Shown: in pieces, positions 28,521-35,812 of the stretch
How the letters are laid out: each line of letters starts with the position of its first letter
How positions within the stretch are numbered: position 1 is the stretch's first letter
Source: a virus
IMG/VR virus record: IMGVR_UViG_3300045988_119069
Direction: 5' to 3' (one strand)
DNA length: 64,000 nucleotides
The notes under the pieces: generated by a model
What the model saw: only the letters and a program-made list of their open reading frames with translations
The model's database searches: none
What the model was told of the DNA's origin: nothing
Program-made: the position numbers and the translations under genes

Positions 28521-28907
28521 ATGACAAAAGAAGACACAAGAAAACTCATCGCTGTAATGCAGGCGTATGTGGACGGCAAGCAGATATAGTGCACGGATGA
28601 CGAATCAGAAATTTGGATAGATGTAGAATCACCCGAATGGCATCCCAACTACGACTACCGCGTAAAGCCTAATCTTACTTACAGACCTTTCCTTAACGCC
28701 CAGGAGTGTTGGCAGGAGATGCAGAGACATAAGCCGTTCGGATTGGTAAAATTCATCGGAACTTACTCTGCCGTCGTTGCTGTTAGCAATGTGGATGTGA
28801 GCGTGGCAACTGTGGATGGAGAGGTTGTCGTTTATCCATTCGTTGATGTAAAGGAAGACCACACCTTCGTTGACGGCACGCCTTTCGGCATCAAGGAGGA
28901 ACGCTAA
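28521..28907 (+). CDS. small hypothetical protein interrupted by one in-frame TAG (28587-28589)
   Basis: MTKEDTRKLIAVMQAYVDGKQI*CTDDESEIWIDVESPEWHPNYDYRVKPNL... continues in frame into track ORF 28719..28907. It is preceded by a TTTATAGACATT box. Confidence 0.55.
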
Positions 28908-28915
28908 AGGTTTTC

Positions 28916-29009
28916 ACATCGGATTGACGGATTCAACGGATCTTTGTTTATTATCGAATGACGCGAATGAGACAAACTGAAAAATTCGTAAAATCCGCGA
29001 AATCCGATG
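28916..29009. repeat. interrupted intergenic palindrome (H5, CATCGGAT family)
   Basis: ACATCGGATTGACGGATTCAACGGAT ... TTCGTAAAATCCGCGAAATCCGATG. Confidence 0.6.
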
Positions 29010-29047
29010 GCTATAATATTAACAATATAAATGGTTTATAGAGAACA

Positions 29048-29311
29048 ATGAAGATACATAAAGGAAGACAATACATCGTAACCGTCAATTGGGAATATGT
29101 TCATCAAATGTATATGCGTCAGGCTGGAGAGAAGAAGCCGCAGAGTGAGGTTGTTCGTGCAGTAATGAAAGATATAGACGATTTTCTTGAAGGCAAGACA
29201 AAGAGGATAGTCCGTTTAATCTTGCCCGACGGGTCTCCATCGTTCACCATTACACCACTTGTGCGGCATAACCTGCAAGAACGACGAAAGGCGAAGCGAA
29301 GAAAGAGATAA
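29048..29311 (+). CDS. hypothetical small basic protein
   Basis: 87 aa, preceded by TTTATAGAGAACA. Confidence 0.5.
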   Translation: MKIHKGRQYIVTVNWEYVHQMYMRQAGEKKPQSEVVRAVMKDIDDFLEGKTKRIVRLILPDGSPSFTITPLVRHNLQERRKAKRRKR

Positions 29312-29320
29312 ACGATGTGA

Positions 29321-29342
29321 GTATTAACGAAAATATAGAGAA
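29321..29342 (+). promoter_or_regulatory. conserved upstream box GTATTAACGAAAATATAGAGAA (copy 1)
   Basis: Identical 22-mer to 29740-29761. Ends 2 nt before the ATG at 29345. Confidence 0.5.
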
Positions 29343-29344
29343 TC

Positions 29345-29728
29345 ATGGGAAGATATGCAACAAGGGCGATATTAAGGTATTATTGCGCCCAAGCCGGCAT
29401 CACGCTCTACTCCCATCGGCTCGATGGTGTCTCCTATCAGTATTGTGCCGGAGGATATGTCGTGAATGGCTATTTGGGACGTAGCAAGTCATGGTCTGAT
29501 TTGAAATATTGTATGCAGCAAAAACTTATCTTTTTGCTAAAGTATGGCTCTGATGACAATCCTACGATATACAGCGATGGAATAGTTATAGAGTGGCACA
29601 AAGAGCCGCACGCAATTCTGCCGTTAGCCCAACCTCTTATCGACAACAACGGCATGAAGGTACGCACACTTTGGCCACCCGAATGTGACGAGGAATTACA
29701 GGATTACTACAATCTTCTTAAATCATAG
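29345..29728 (+). CDS. hypothetical protein
   Basis: 127 aa. Ends in TAG, with a TAA 5 codons later. Confidence 0.5.
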   Translation: MGRYATRAILRYYCAQAGITLYSHRLDGVSYQYCAGGYVVNGYLGRSKSWSDLKYCMQQKLIFLLKYGSDDNPTIYSDGIVIEWHKEPHAILPLAQPLIDNNGMKVRTLWPPECDEELQDYYNLLKS

Positions 29729-29739
29729 CAAGCGATAAA

Positions 29740-29761
29740 GTATTAACGAAAATATAGAGAA
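29740..29761 (+). promoter_or_regulatory. conserved upstream box GTATTAACGAAAATATAGAGAA (copy 2)
   Basis: Identical 22-mer to 29321-29342. Ends 4 nt before the ATG at 29766. Confidence 0.5.
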
Positions 29762-29765
29762 CATT

Positions 29766-30257
29766 ATGAGAACATTCAAATTCAGAGGCAAGTGTACAGA
29801 TCCTAAGTACGATGGCAAAACGGCATGTGGCTCGCTGCTTTCTTTCCCCAATGGAGAGACAAAGATTTTTGAGCACGACCACGACAAGACGTTCAACTAT
29901 TTCGGTGTTGACCCCGCGACCGTCTGCCAGTTCACCGGTTTCCTTGATAAGAACGGCAAGGAGATTTATGAAGGCGACGTGTTGCGGTCAGACGAATATC
30001 CTTATAGCTGCATCGGAGATAAAAAGCGCGACAACTATTATGCCGTAGTTTATTACTGTGAGGAAGGAGCTTGCTTTGGCACTGTGACGGCCAAGAACCC
30101 CAGTTCTGACGTAGGAGGCATTTCAGACGGCATACTTGATGATGTAGAGCGAGAGAAAATGAAGACCTTCGAGGTTGTCGGCAATATCTATGACCCCGAA
30201 TGGCGACAATATAGTGAGTATTTTCAAGAGGAAGATAAGGAGGAAAGCGATGATTAA
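29766..30257 (+). CDS. YopX-family protein
   Basis: VCQFTGFLDKNGKEIYEGDVL and C-terminal EVVGNIYDPEW, typical of YopX. Confidence 0.7.
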   Translation: MRTFKFRGKCTDPKYDGKTACGSLLSFPNGETKIFEHDHDKTFNYFGVDPATVCQFTGFLDKNGKEIYEGDVLRSDEYPYSCIGDKKRDNYYAVVYYCEEGACFGTVTAKNPSSDVGGISDGILDDVEREKMKTFEVVGNIYDPEWRQYSEYFQEEDKEESDD

Positions 30258-30711
30258 ATCGGAAGATTTAAGAATAGGCGACATTGTAAGGGTAAGCCGT
30301 GATTGCATGTTTCCGAAAGACACGTTGTGCATCGTTACCGAAATCCATCCCGATCGACAGCATAAAGACAATAAGGGAGTTGTCAGTCTGAAGGCTGTCA
30401 ACGACGACGATGACGGTCCCTGGGGTACATGGTGCTGCAACATCGATGGCGTGCCTGTCACGCCCGAAATACTTTGCAATAATGACTTTAAGGAAGAGGT
30501 CGAGGGCAAGTACTTCACAAGGCCAATCAAAGCCAGAGCAGGCAGCTCCCTTGCCAGATATTTGGTTGTAGAACGGAAAAAATACGCTTGGGCAATATTC
30601 ATAAAGTATTACAACGTGACAGGCTATGCACTCTTATGTCATATAAAGTACGTTCACGAACTACAGCTCGCCCTCAAGATAATGAAATTTAGTCCGGAAA
30701 TTAAAGTATAG
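30250..30711 (+). CDS. hypothetical protein
   Basis: The ATG at 30250 overlaps the upstream stop (ATGATTAA). MIKSEDLRIGDIVRV... Ends in TAG. Confidence 0.5.
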   Translation: MIKSEDLRIGDIVRVSRDCMFPKDTLCIVTEIHPDRQHKDNKGVVSLKAVNDDDDGPWGTWCCNIDGVPVTPEILCNNDFKEEVEGKYFTRPIKARAGSSLARYLVVERKKYAWAIFIKYYNVTGYALLCHIKYVHELQLALKIMKFSPEIKV

Positions 30712-30715
30712 CTCT

Positions 30716-31279
30716 ATGAAAGCAAAAAACAAGGTACTGCTTGACAGATACGACCTTTACTTTAGAGGTGTTTGGAAGAAACCCTACAACTATCCATCGC
30801 TGTTAGATATAGTACAGCGTCGCATAGGATGGAGGGCTGACGTACTTCGTTGTTGTGACAACTGGGAAGAGATTGTTTCTATTGACCGCAAAGCGCTTTC
30901 CAACTTTTGCGACCCGAAGGTGTTCCATTTCCCGAAAAAGCGGCGTGTGCCTCCTGAAGTTTTTGACCCGAGGTATTCGATGCAAAATGAATATCACATC
31001 GTAAGGAAGAAAAACAATCGGTATAAGATTGTTCTGAATAAGCCCAAAAGACGTTCCGTTGGAAGAACCTTGGTGGTAGATACAAAGAGAGGTTATATCC
31101 GTGAGATTGGCGACAAGGTGTGGTATCATCCAGATTGGATGGATTTCGGTTGTGAGACCTGTGCTGACTTCGGAACTTGTCGGTCTGGTTATCACGACAA
31201 GAGTTTTTGTATGGTGGCTGCAAAGTGTGGAATCGGTCGCTGTAACACATGGCTGGAAGTAAGAGAAAACAATGACTGA
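30716..31279 (+). CDS. hypothetical Cys-rich protein
   Basis: 187 aa. Its stop overlaps the start of the next mini-ORF (ATGACTGA). Confidence 0.5.
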   Translation: MKAKNKVLLDRYDLYFRGVWKKPYNYPSLLDIVQRRIGWRADVLRCCDNWEEIVSIDRKALSNFCDPKVFHFPKKRRVPPEVFDPRYSMQNEYHIVRKKNNRYKIVLNKPKRRSVGRTLVVDTKRGYIREIGDKVWYHPDWMDFGCETCADFGTCRSGYHDKSFCMVAAKCGIGRCNTWLEVRENND

Positions 31280-31526
31280 CCCTCACTACAAGCGCGGCAC
31301 CATCCGCAAGGATGGCAAGCTGTATGGCCGCTATCCCGACGGCTCGCTCTACCGCATCTACTCCACCGACCGACCGTTTCTTCAGTTGGTGGACCGAGAG
31401 GGCGAGACGTTCCTTCGCATACGCCAAGCCACCGAGCAGGGCTACACCGACTGTCCCTGCCCTGGAGCCGCCGACCTAAGTTATCCGTCCTCGGCTCTAA
31501 GGCGCAGTCGCACAGTCGGGGGGTAA
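31272..31526 (+). CDS. TRD-like fragment 1 of a C5-methyltransferase, truncated at a G6 tract (alternative end 31584)
   Basis: ...IRQATEQGYTDCPCPGAADLSYPSSALRRSRTVGG* resembles the ATKKGY...SKTRRGRVG TRD type. Removing one G from 31518-31523 extends it to ...GGKLVNALTAASSGICVFVEL*. Confidence 0.55.
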   Translation: MTDPHYKRGTIRKDGKLYGRYPDGSLYRIYSTDRPFLQLVDREGETFLRIRQATEQGYTDCPCPGAADLSYPSSALRRSRTVGG

Positions 31527-31599
31527 GCTCGTAAACGCGCTGACCGCTGCAAGTAGCGGAATCTGCGTTTTTGTTGAATTATAAAAGGAGAAATAAATT

Positions 31600-31971
31600 A
31601 TGATTATAACGAATGATTGGCGGCTCTGGCTCGCATCAATGTTGTTTACGTTTGTCGTAACAATTTTGTTCATGGCTTACATTTGGTGGACAGAGCGAAA
31701 ACCAAAGAAAGAGATAAAAAATGATAGAGAAATAGACTATCAGAATTGTGATGCGTATTTCTTGTGTGTGTTTACCAAAAGTGGTGGATGCGATTTGCAC
31801 AGAGCCTCGGAGATCAAGCAGGTTGTTTCATCTGTGAATAAAGATTATATCAACGTAATAACGGTCGATGGTGATGTAACGCATTATGAAAATGTCATAT
31901 CGTATGAGTTCAAACACGTTTTAGATTTGTCCTTGTATAATTTGAATACAGTAAAAAGAGTAGCTAAATAG
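31600..31971 (+). CDS. hypothetical membrane protein
   Basis: N-terminal TM segment WRLWLASMLFTFVVTILFMAYIWW. 123 aa. Ends in TAG. Confidence 0.5.
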   Translation: MIITNDWRLWLASMLFTFVVTILFMAYIWWTERKPKKEIKNDREIDYQNCDAYFLCVFTKSGGCDLHRASEIKQVVSSVNKDYINVITVDGDVTHYENVISYEFKHVLDLSLYNLNTVKRVAK

Positions 31972-32027
31972 GCTTGTAGAACATTTAATTAATAAAATTT
32001 ATAAAAAGAGAAAAACGACTGCCCGAC

Positions 32028-32372
32028 GTGCTGTTAATGTCGGATAAAGCATCTACCTTAATGTCAAACTCAACCAAGGACGCTTGCATCTGCGTCGAAT
32101 CTGACGAACAAAGTGTAAGTTTTAAGGACGAACCGTCGGAAGGTGTAACGATGGATATTACAGCCGAGTATCGCAACATCGTTCAGTTGTGGCACCCTGC
32201 CACAGAAAAGCCTTATTGCATAGGTCAACTTCTCTGTTGGTGTCACGACGGAAAATTCTTCGTACACAACCATTACAGCCATGACGATGAAAATTGGCAT
32301 TTATTCATCAGCACTAACAACATAAAGCGTTATTGCTATATTTCCAATTTGGAACCCGAATGGTTCATTTGA
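32028..32372 (+). CDS. hypothetical protein
   Basis: 114-aa ORF directly followed by mini-ORF A. Confidence 0.45.
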   Translation: MLLMSDKASTLMSNSTKDACICVESDEQSVSFKDEPSEGVTMDITAEYRNIVQLWHPATEKPYCIGQLLCWCHDGKFFVHNHYSHDDENWHLFISTNNIKRYCYISNLEPEWFI

Positions 32373-32373
32373 T

Positions 32374-32505
32374 ATGACTGACATTAAGATTTCCGTGCAT
32401 CCCGTTAGCCATCGGCTCGAATGGCGAGGATGGGGTGATTTCTCGCCCTCCCTTCGAGCCACCGACTACAAATGCCCACACTGTATAATGATTGAATATG
32501 ACTAA
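32374..32505 (+). CDS. TRD-like mini-ORF A (43 aa)
   Basis: MTDIKISVHPVSHRLEWRGWGDFSPSLRATDYKCPHCIMIEYD*. Below the track cutoff. SLRATDYK..IMIEYD resembles the distal TRD segment of C5-MTases. Confidence 0.55.
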   Translation: MTDIKISVHPVSHRLEWRGWGDFSPSLRATDYKCPHCIMIEYD

Positions 32506-32629
32506 TCTTGACTTCTACCAATATCCTCGTGGCAATAACGATGGAGGTAAATTAGACACTGACGTTTGCCCGACCGTGACAATCAACTCGTGGCAGCAAA
32601 ATGTATTTCTGATTGAAGAATATGAATAA
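32498..32629 (+). CDS. TRD-like mini-ORF B (43 aa)
   Basis: MTNLDFYQYPRGNNDGGKLDTDVCPTVTINSWQQNVFLIEEYE*. Its start lies inside the junction TATGACTAA of ORF A. Confidence 0.55.
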   Translation: MTNLDFYQYPRGNNDGGKLDTDVCPTVTINSWQQNVFLIEEYE

Positions 32630-32774
32630 CATCACAATAGACTACCACGCTCATGCTATATCGAGCATTTATTGGAATGTTTCGCCTGACTATAAAAGAC
32701 CTCCGTTAGTAGGTATTAATAGATGTGTCAAGACCGATACTCATGCTCCTGGAATTTTGATAGAATACAAATAA
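32622..32774 (+). CDS. TRD-like mini-ORF C (50 aa)
   Basis: MNNITIDYHAHAISSIYWNVSPDYKRPPLVGINRCVKTDTHAPGILIEYK*. Its start lies inside the junction TATGAATAA of ORF B. Confidence 0.5.
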   Translation: MNNITIDYHAHAISSIYWNVSPDYKRPPLVGINRCVKTDTHAPGILIEYK

Positions 32775-32784
32775 CAGCAACAAT

Positions 32785-34110
32785 ATGATCACAAAACTAA
32801 ATTTCACCGACCGCACCATCAAGAGCTATGCCATCCGCAAGCTCACACCCAAGGAGTGTTTTCGCTTGATGGGCGTTCGCGACAACGTAATCGGCACGAT
32901 GCAGAGCAGCAATGCTCAAGCAGCCGAACGTCTGCCCGACTGGAAGGGCAAGGGTAAACCCGAAGACATGGCTATATCTGCCTCACAGCAGTACAAGCAA
33001 GCTGGAAACAGTATTTGTATAGATGTGTTAGCATATCTATATCAAAATCTTTTCTACCCCGCTCCACCCAAGCCTCGCCCCGGCAAGCAGCTCACTCTCT
33101 TCGACGCCCCCGAAGATACCCTGCCCGCCCTGCCGCCCACCGCCGACAAGAACGAAGAGAAGATATTCCTCACCACGTTCTCCGGCTACGACTCGCAGCT
33201 CATGGCAGCCGACGTGCTACGCGAGTGGCATCCCGACTTTCGATGGACATGCGTAGGATGGAGCGACATCGACAAATACGCCTGTCAGATGCACAACCTC
33301 GTCTTCCCTCAGTTTGCCGACTGCGCCCTGGGCGACATCACCAAGATTGACTGGCACGAGGTGGAAAGCTCGCTCGAAGGCCGCGAAGTGGACCTCTTCA
33401 CCTATTCCTCGCCTTGCCAGGACATCAGTCAGGCGGGCAAGCAAATGGGCTTGCAGGAGGGCAGCGACACCCGAAGCGCACTGCTTTGGCGTGTGGCGGA
33501 TGCCGTGGAGGTGCTTCGCCCGAAGTATCTCTTGCAGGAGAACGTGGCGGCACTGGTAAGCCAGAAGTTCTTGCCAGACTTTCAGAAGTGGCTCGACAAA
33601 CTCTCGTCGCTCGGCTATGTGAGCCGTTGGACGCGACTCAACGCCAAGAACTACGGTGTGCCCCAAAACCGCGACCGTGTGTTCTGCCTCTCCATGCGCC
33701 GAGACGTAGCCTTCGACTATCAGTTTCCCGAACCCTTCGAGCTGCTTACCCGATTGGAAGACGTGCTCGAAGAGGAAGTGTCCGACCGCTATTTCCTCAA
33801 GGACGATGCCGTGAGCAAGTTCCTCAAGGCAAACGACTCTGACAATGCCTTATTCCTTCAATTCGACCTGCCACCGACACATGAGGCGGCAATGTTCCTC
33901 AAGACCGTGCTTCAGATATTCATGGAGCGTCACGACGGATGGGACAAGGGCATTGAGTGGAACGAGAAAGAACTGAGCTATCATCGCCCAGCCATCGCCC
34001 ATCTCTACGAAAAGTTCAAGGAGAACCCAAAGAAACTGGACGTGGAATATTGGCGCGGTTTTTATGGAATGTTTAAGGAGAATATGGAGAGGAAGAAGGA
34101 TGAAAAATAA
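32785..34110 (+). CDS. circularly permuted DNA (cytosine-5)-methyltransferase catalytic core lacking an obvious TRD
   Basis: Motif order: IX RKLTPKECFRLMG, X QYKQAGNSICIDV, Pro-rich linker, I TTFSGYDSQ, IV YSSPCQDISQAG, VI LLQENV, VIII VPQNRDRVF. Confidence 0.85.
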   Translation: MITKLNFTDRTIKSYAIRKLTPKECFRLMGVRDNVIGTMQSSNAQAAERLPDWKGKGKPEDMAISASQQYKQAGNSICIDVLAYLYQNLFYPAPPKPRPGKQLTLFDAPEDTLPALPPTADKNEEKIFLTTFSGYDSQLMAADVLREWHPDFRWTCVGWSDIDKYACQMHNLVFPQFADCALGDITKIDWHEVESSLEGREVDLFTYSSPCQDISQAGKQMGLQEGSDTRSALLWRVADAVEVLRPKYLLQENVAALVSQKFLPDFQKWLDKLSSLGYVSRWTRLNAKNYGVPQNRDRVFCLSMRRDVAFDYQFPEPFELLTRLEDVLEEEVSDRYFLKDDAVSKFLKANDSDNALFLQFDLPPTHEAAMFLKTVLQIFMERHDGWDKGIEWNEKELSYHRPAIAHLYEKFKENPKKLDVEYWRGFYGMFKENMERKKDEK

Positions 34111-34246
34111 ACCGTTTCATGCTATTCAAAATGGGGGGGGTACGATTGCACCTGCAATCACCTCCCACTATTTCAAAGCCGGTGTGCGAGATTTCTTGTT
34201 TGCGCTCGCCATACCGCATTGCTGTTTAATAGTAGAATATGATTGA
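34100..34246 (+). CDS. TRD-like mini-ORF D (48 aa) containing a G8 tract
   Basis: MKNKPFHAIQNGGGTIAPAITSHYFKAGVRDFLFALAIPHCCLIVEYD*. The start overlaps the core stop region (GATGAAAAATAA). G8 at 34133-34140. Confidence 0.55.
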   Translation: MKNKPFHAIQNGGGTIAPAITSHYFKAGVRDFLFALAIPHCCLIVEYD

Positions 34247-34376
34247 AAAGATTGGCAACATTTATTACGACAAGTGGAAGTCCGGTTTTGATGGCAACAT
34301 CTGCGGCACTAAAGGAATATACCCCACCCTAACCTTGTCAACACAAACGGGGGAAGTACTGATTGAATATGCTTAG
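34239..34376 (+). CDS. TRD-like mini-ORF E (45 aa)
   Basis: MIEKIGNIYYDKWKSGFDGNICGTKGIYPTLTLSTQTGEVLIEYA*. Has the PTLT signature. Ends in TAG. Confidence 0.55.
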   Translation: MIEKIGNIYYDKWKSGFDGNICGTKGIYPTLTLSTQTGEVLIEYA

Positions 34377-34521
34377 CAACCCTCGTCCCCTCGTCCTCGG
34401 CTCCTACAGCCCCTCGCAGAACGGCATCATCGTGTCACCACACGGCATAGCCCTGTGCATAGTCGGGGGAGGTAAGGGTCACGACGTGGATAAACCGAAA
34501 ATATTGATAGAGTATGATTAA
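34369..34521 (+). CDS. TRD-like mini-ORF F (50 aa)
   Basis: MLSNPRPLVLGSYSPSQNGIIVSPHGIALCIVGGGKGHDVDKPKILIEYD*. Confidence 0.5.
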   Translation: MLSNPRPLVLGSYSPSQNGIIVSPHGIALCIVGGGKGHDVDKPKILIEYD

Positions 34522-34533
34522 AGACAATCTCCT

Positions 34534-34707
34534 ATGCTACACTTTCGCATAGCAGCCTTCCGAGGCCGTGACCCCGACAATCCGTCCGACCGCAAGCATC
34601 CCTCCAACGGACGCTTCTGTCAGCGAATGGAGATAAACTGGGGGAGTACAACCAACACTCTCACCTCAGTAGGCAAAGACAACATGGTATATCTGGAATA
34701 TGAATAG
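34534..34707 (+). CDS. TRD-like mini-ORF G (57 aa)
   Basis: MLHFRIAAFRGRDPDNPSDRKHPSNGRFCQRMEINWGSTTNTLTSVGKDNMVYLEYE*. Matches the RGR..NP.D....Q.LE....NTLT...KDN TRD pattern. Ends in TAG. Confidence 0.6.
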   Translation: MLHFRIAAFRGRDPDNPSDRKHPSNGRFCQRMEINWGSTTNTLTSVGKDNMVYLEYE

Positions 34708-34849
34708 ACAAATCTCTTTCGTGCAACGCACATCAAAGCTCTGCCCACGTCGGGGGTACTCCACGGCATTGTCCGCACGCTACGACGGATGGGCAGGACT
34801 CTACGACGAGCACGGACAGCACACCATTGTATTGATAGAATATGAATAG
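34700..34849 (+). CDS. TRD-like mini-ORF H (49 aa)
   Basis: MNRQISFVQRTSKLCPRRGYSTALSARYDGWAGLYDEHGQHTIVLIEYE*. Ends in TAG. Confidence 0.5.
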   Translation: MNRQISFVQRTSKLCPRRGYSTALSARYDGWAGLYDEHGQHTIVLIEYE

Positions 34850-34982
34850 GCATACACTAAATTGTCCGTCCGGCATCTGCTGCGTCCTGACATCCCATTA
34901 CGCAAGAGAAGGATGGGCGAATATGGCAAGCAATACAACATCACAATGCAAAGCACCTGCAGTATTGATAGAATATGAATAA
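34842..34982 (+). CDS. TRD-like mini-ORF I (46 aa)
   Basis: MNRHTLNCPSGICCVLTSHYAREGWANMASNTTSQCKAPAVLIEYE*. Confidence 0.5.
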   Translation: MNRHTLNCPSGICCVLTSHYAREGWANMASNTTSQCKAPAVLIEYE

Positions 34983-35002
34983 CAATTTAAAATAGAGACA
35001 TT

Positions 35003-35812
35003 ATGAGTCAAAAAGAAACAAGAAGCATCCCTAAAACGGGAGCAAAAACTTTCGAGAATGAGAAACTATCAGCCTTTCTCCACAGTCTGCCTAAAGGAGC
35101 TATGCTTTATTCGCCTTTGTTAGGCTACATGACGGTGTATGACATCAACGAATCGGGCGTTGTGATGGCCCTTCCTAATCCTGTCGAGAATGAACCATAC
35201 GATTGGCCTTTCCTTTACAACGGACGTATAGCGCGCTACGACAAAGGAGAGTGTATGCTGTTTCTCTCGCATCTTTACCGGAGTTGGAATGTGCTCAAAT
35301 TCCAGCTGGGTGACATCGTGGCAATGGACATCAAGTATAAAGATGGCAACATTCTGACCTACATTGTGATTTTCAGCGAAGTGGAATCTACTGATTATCC
35401 CAAGATAAGGACATACGCCTGCTTATGCAAAAACAGCGACGTGCTTACTTCTTACGCTCTGCTTGATCTTCGCGGTACACGCGAAGAAGAAGAAAGCATC
35501 GAACTGAGATACGCTACGCCTACGGAAGAAAAACTTCTCAATAATGCCGTGGAGAAAATCGGGAAAAGATGGGACAAGGTAAAGCAGCGTCTTGTGTCAT
35601 TAGATTCTGAAGCTCACACTCCCGAGCAGCTGCGCGAGGATTTCAACGCCTTACAGGAAGAATACTATCGCTTGTGTGAACATTGCAAGAAGTTAGAGAA
35701 TGAGCGTAACGATTTCCAAAAGAAAGCAGAGTTAGAGTCAGGTAGAATACAGGAAATATTATACAAGGCTATCGAACAAGTAGGGCAGAGTAAACTACAG
35801 ACCGATGACTGA
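35003..35812 (+). CDS. hypothetical protein with a C-terminal coiled coil
   Basis: 269 aa. Its stop overlaps the next mini-ORF start (ATGACTGA). Confidence 0.55.
   Translation: MSQKETRSIPKTGAKTFENEKLSAFLHSLPKGAMLYSPLLGYMTVYDINESGVVMALPNPVENEPYDWPFLYNGRIARYDKGECMLFLSHLYRSWNVLKFQLGDIVAMDIKYKDGNILTYIVIFSEVESTDYPKIRTYACLCKNSDVLTSYALLDLRGTREEEESIELRYATPTEEKLLNNAVEKIGKRWDKVKQRLVSLDSEAHTPEQLREDFNALQEEYYRLCEHCKKLENERNDFQKKAELESGRIQEILYKAIEQVGQSKLQTDD

Noticed and set aside
33015-33842. Alternative-frame ORFs (111, 149, 81 and 142 aa) inside the C5-methyltransferase gene.
   Set aside because: They are Arg/Pro/Ala-rich shadows of a GC-rich coding segment, and the main frame carries all the methyltransferase motifs.
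34514-34552. The ATG embedded in the F junction (GAGTATGATTAA) as the start of another TRD unit.
   Set aside because: It gives only MIKDNLLCYTFA before a TAG, and even with read-through the sequence is not TRD-like and has no LIEYE end. The TRD-like unit G starts at its own ATG at 34534, in the frame of F.
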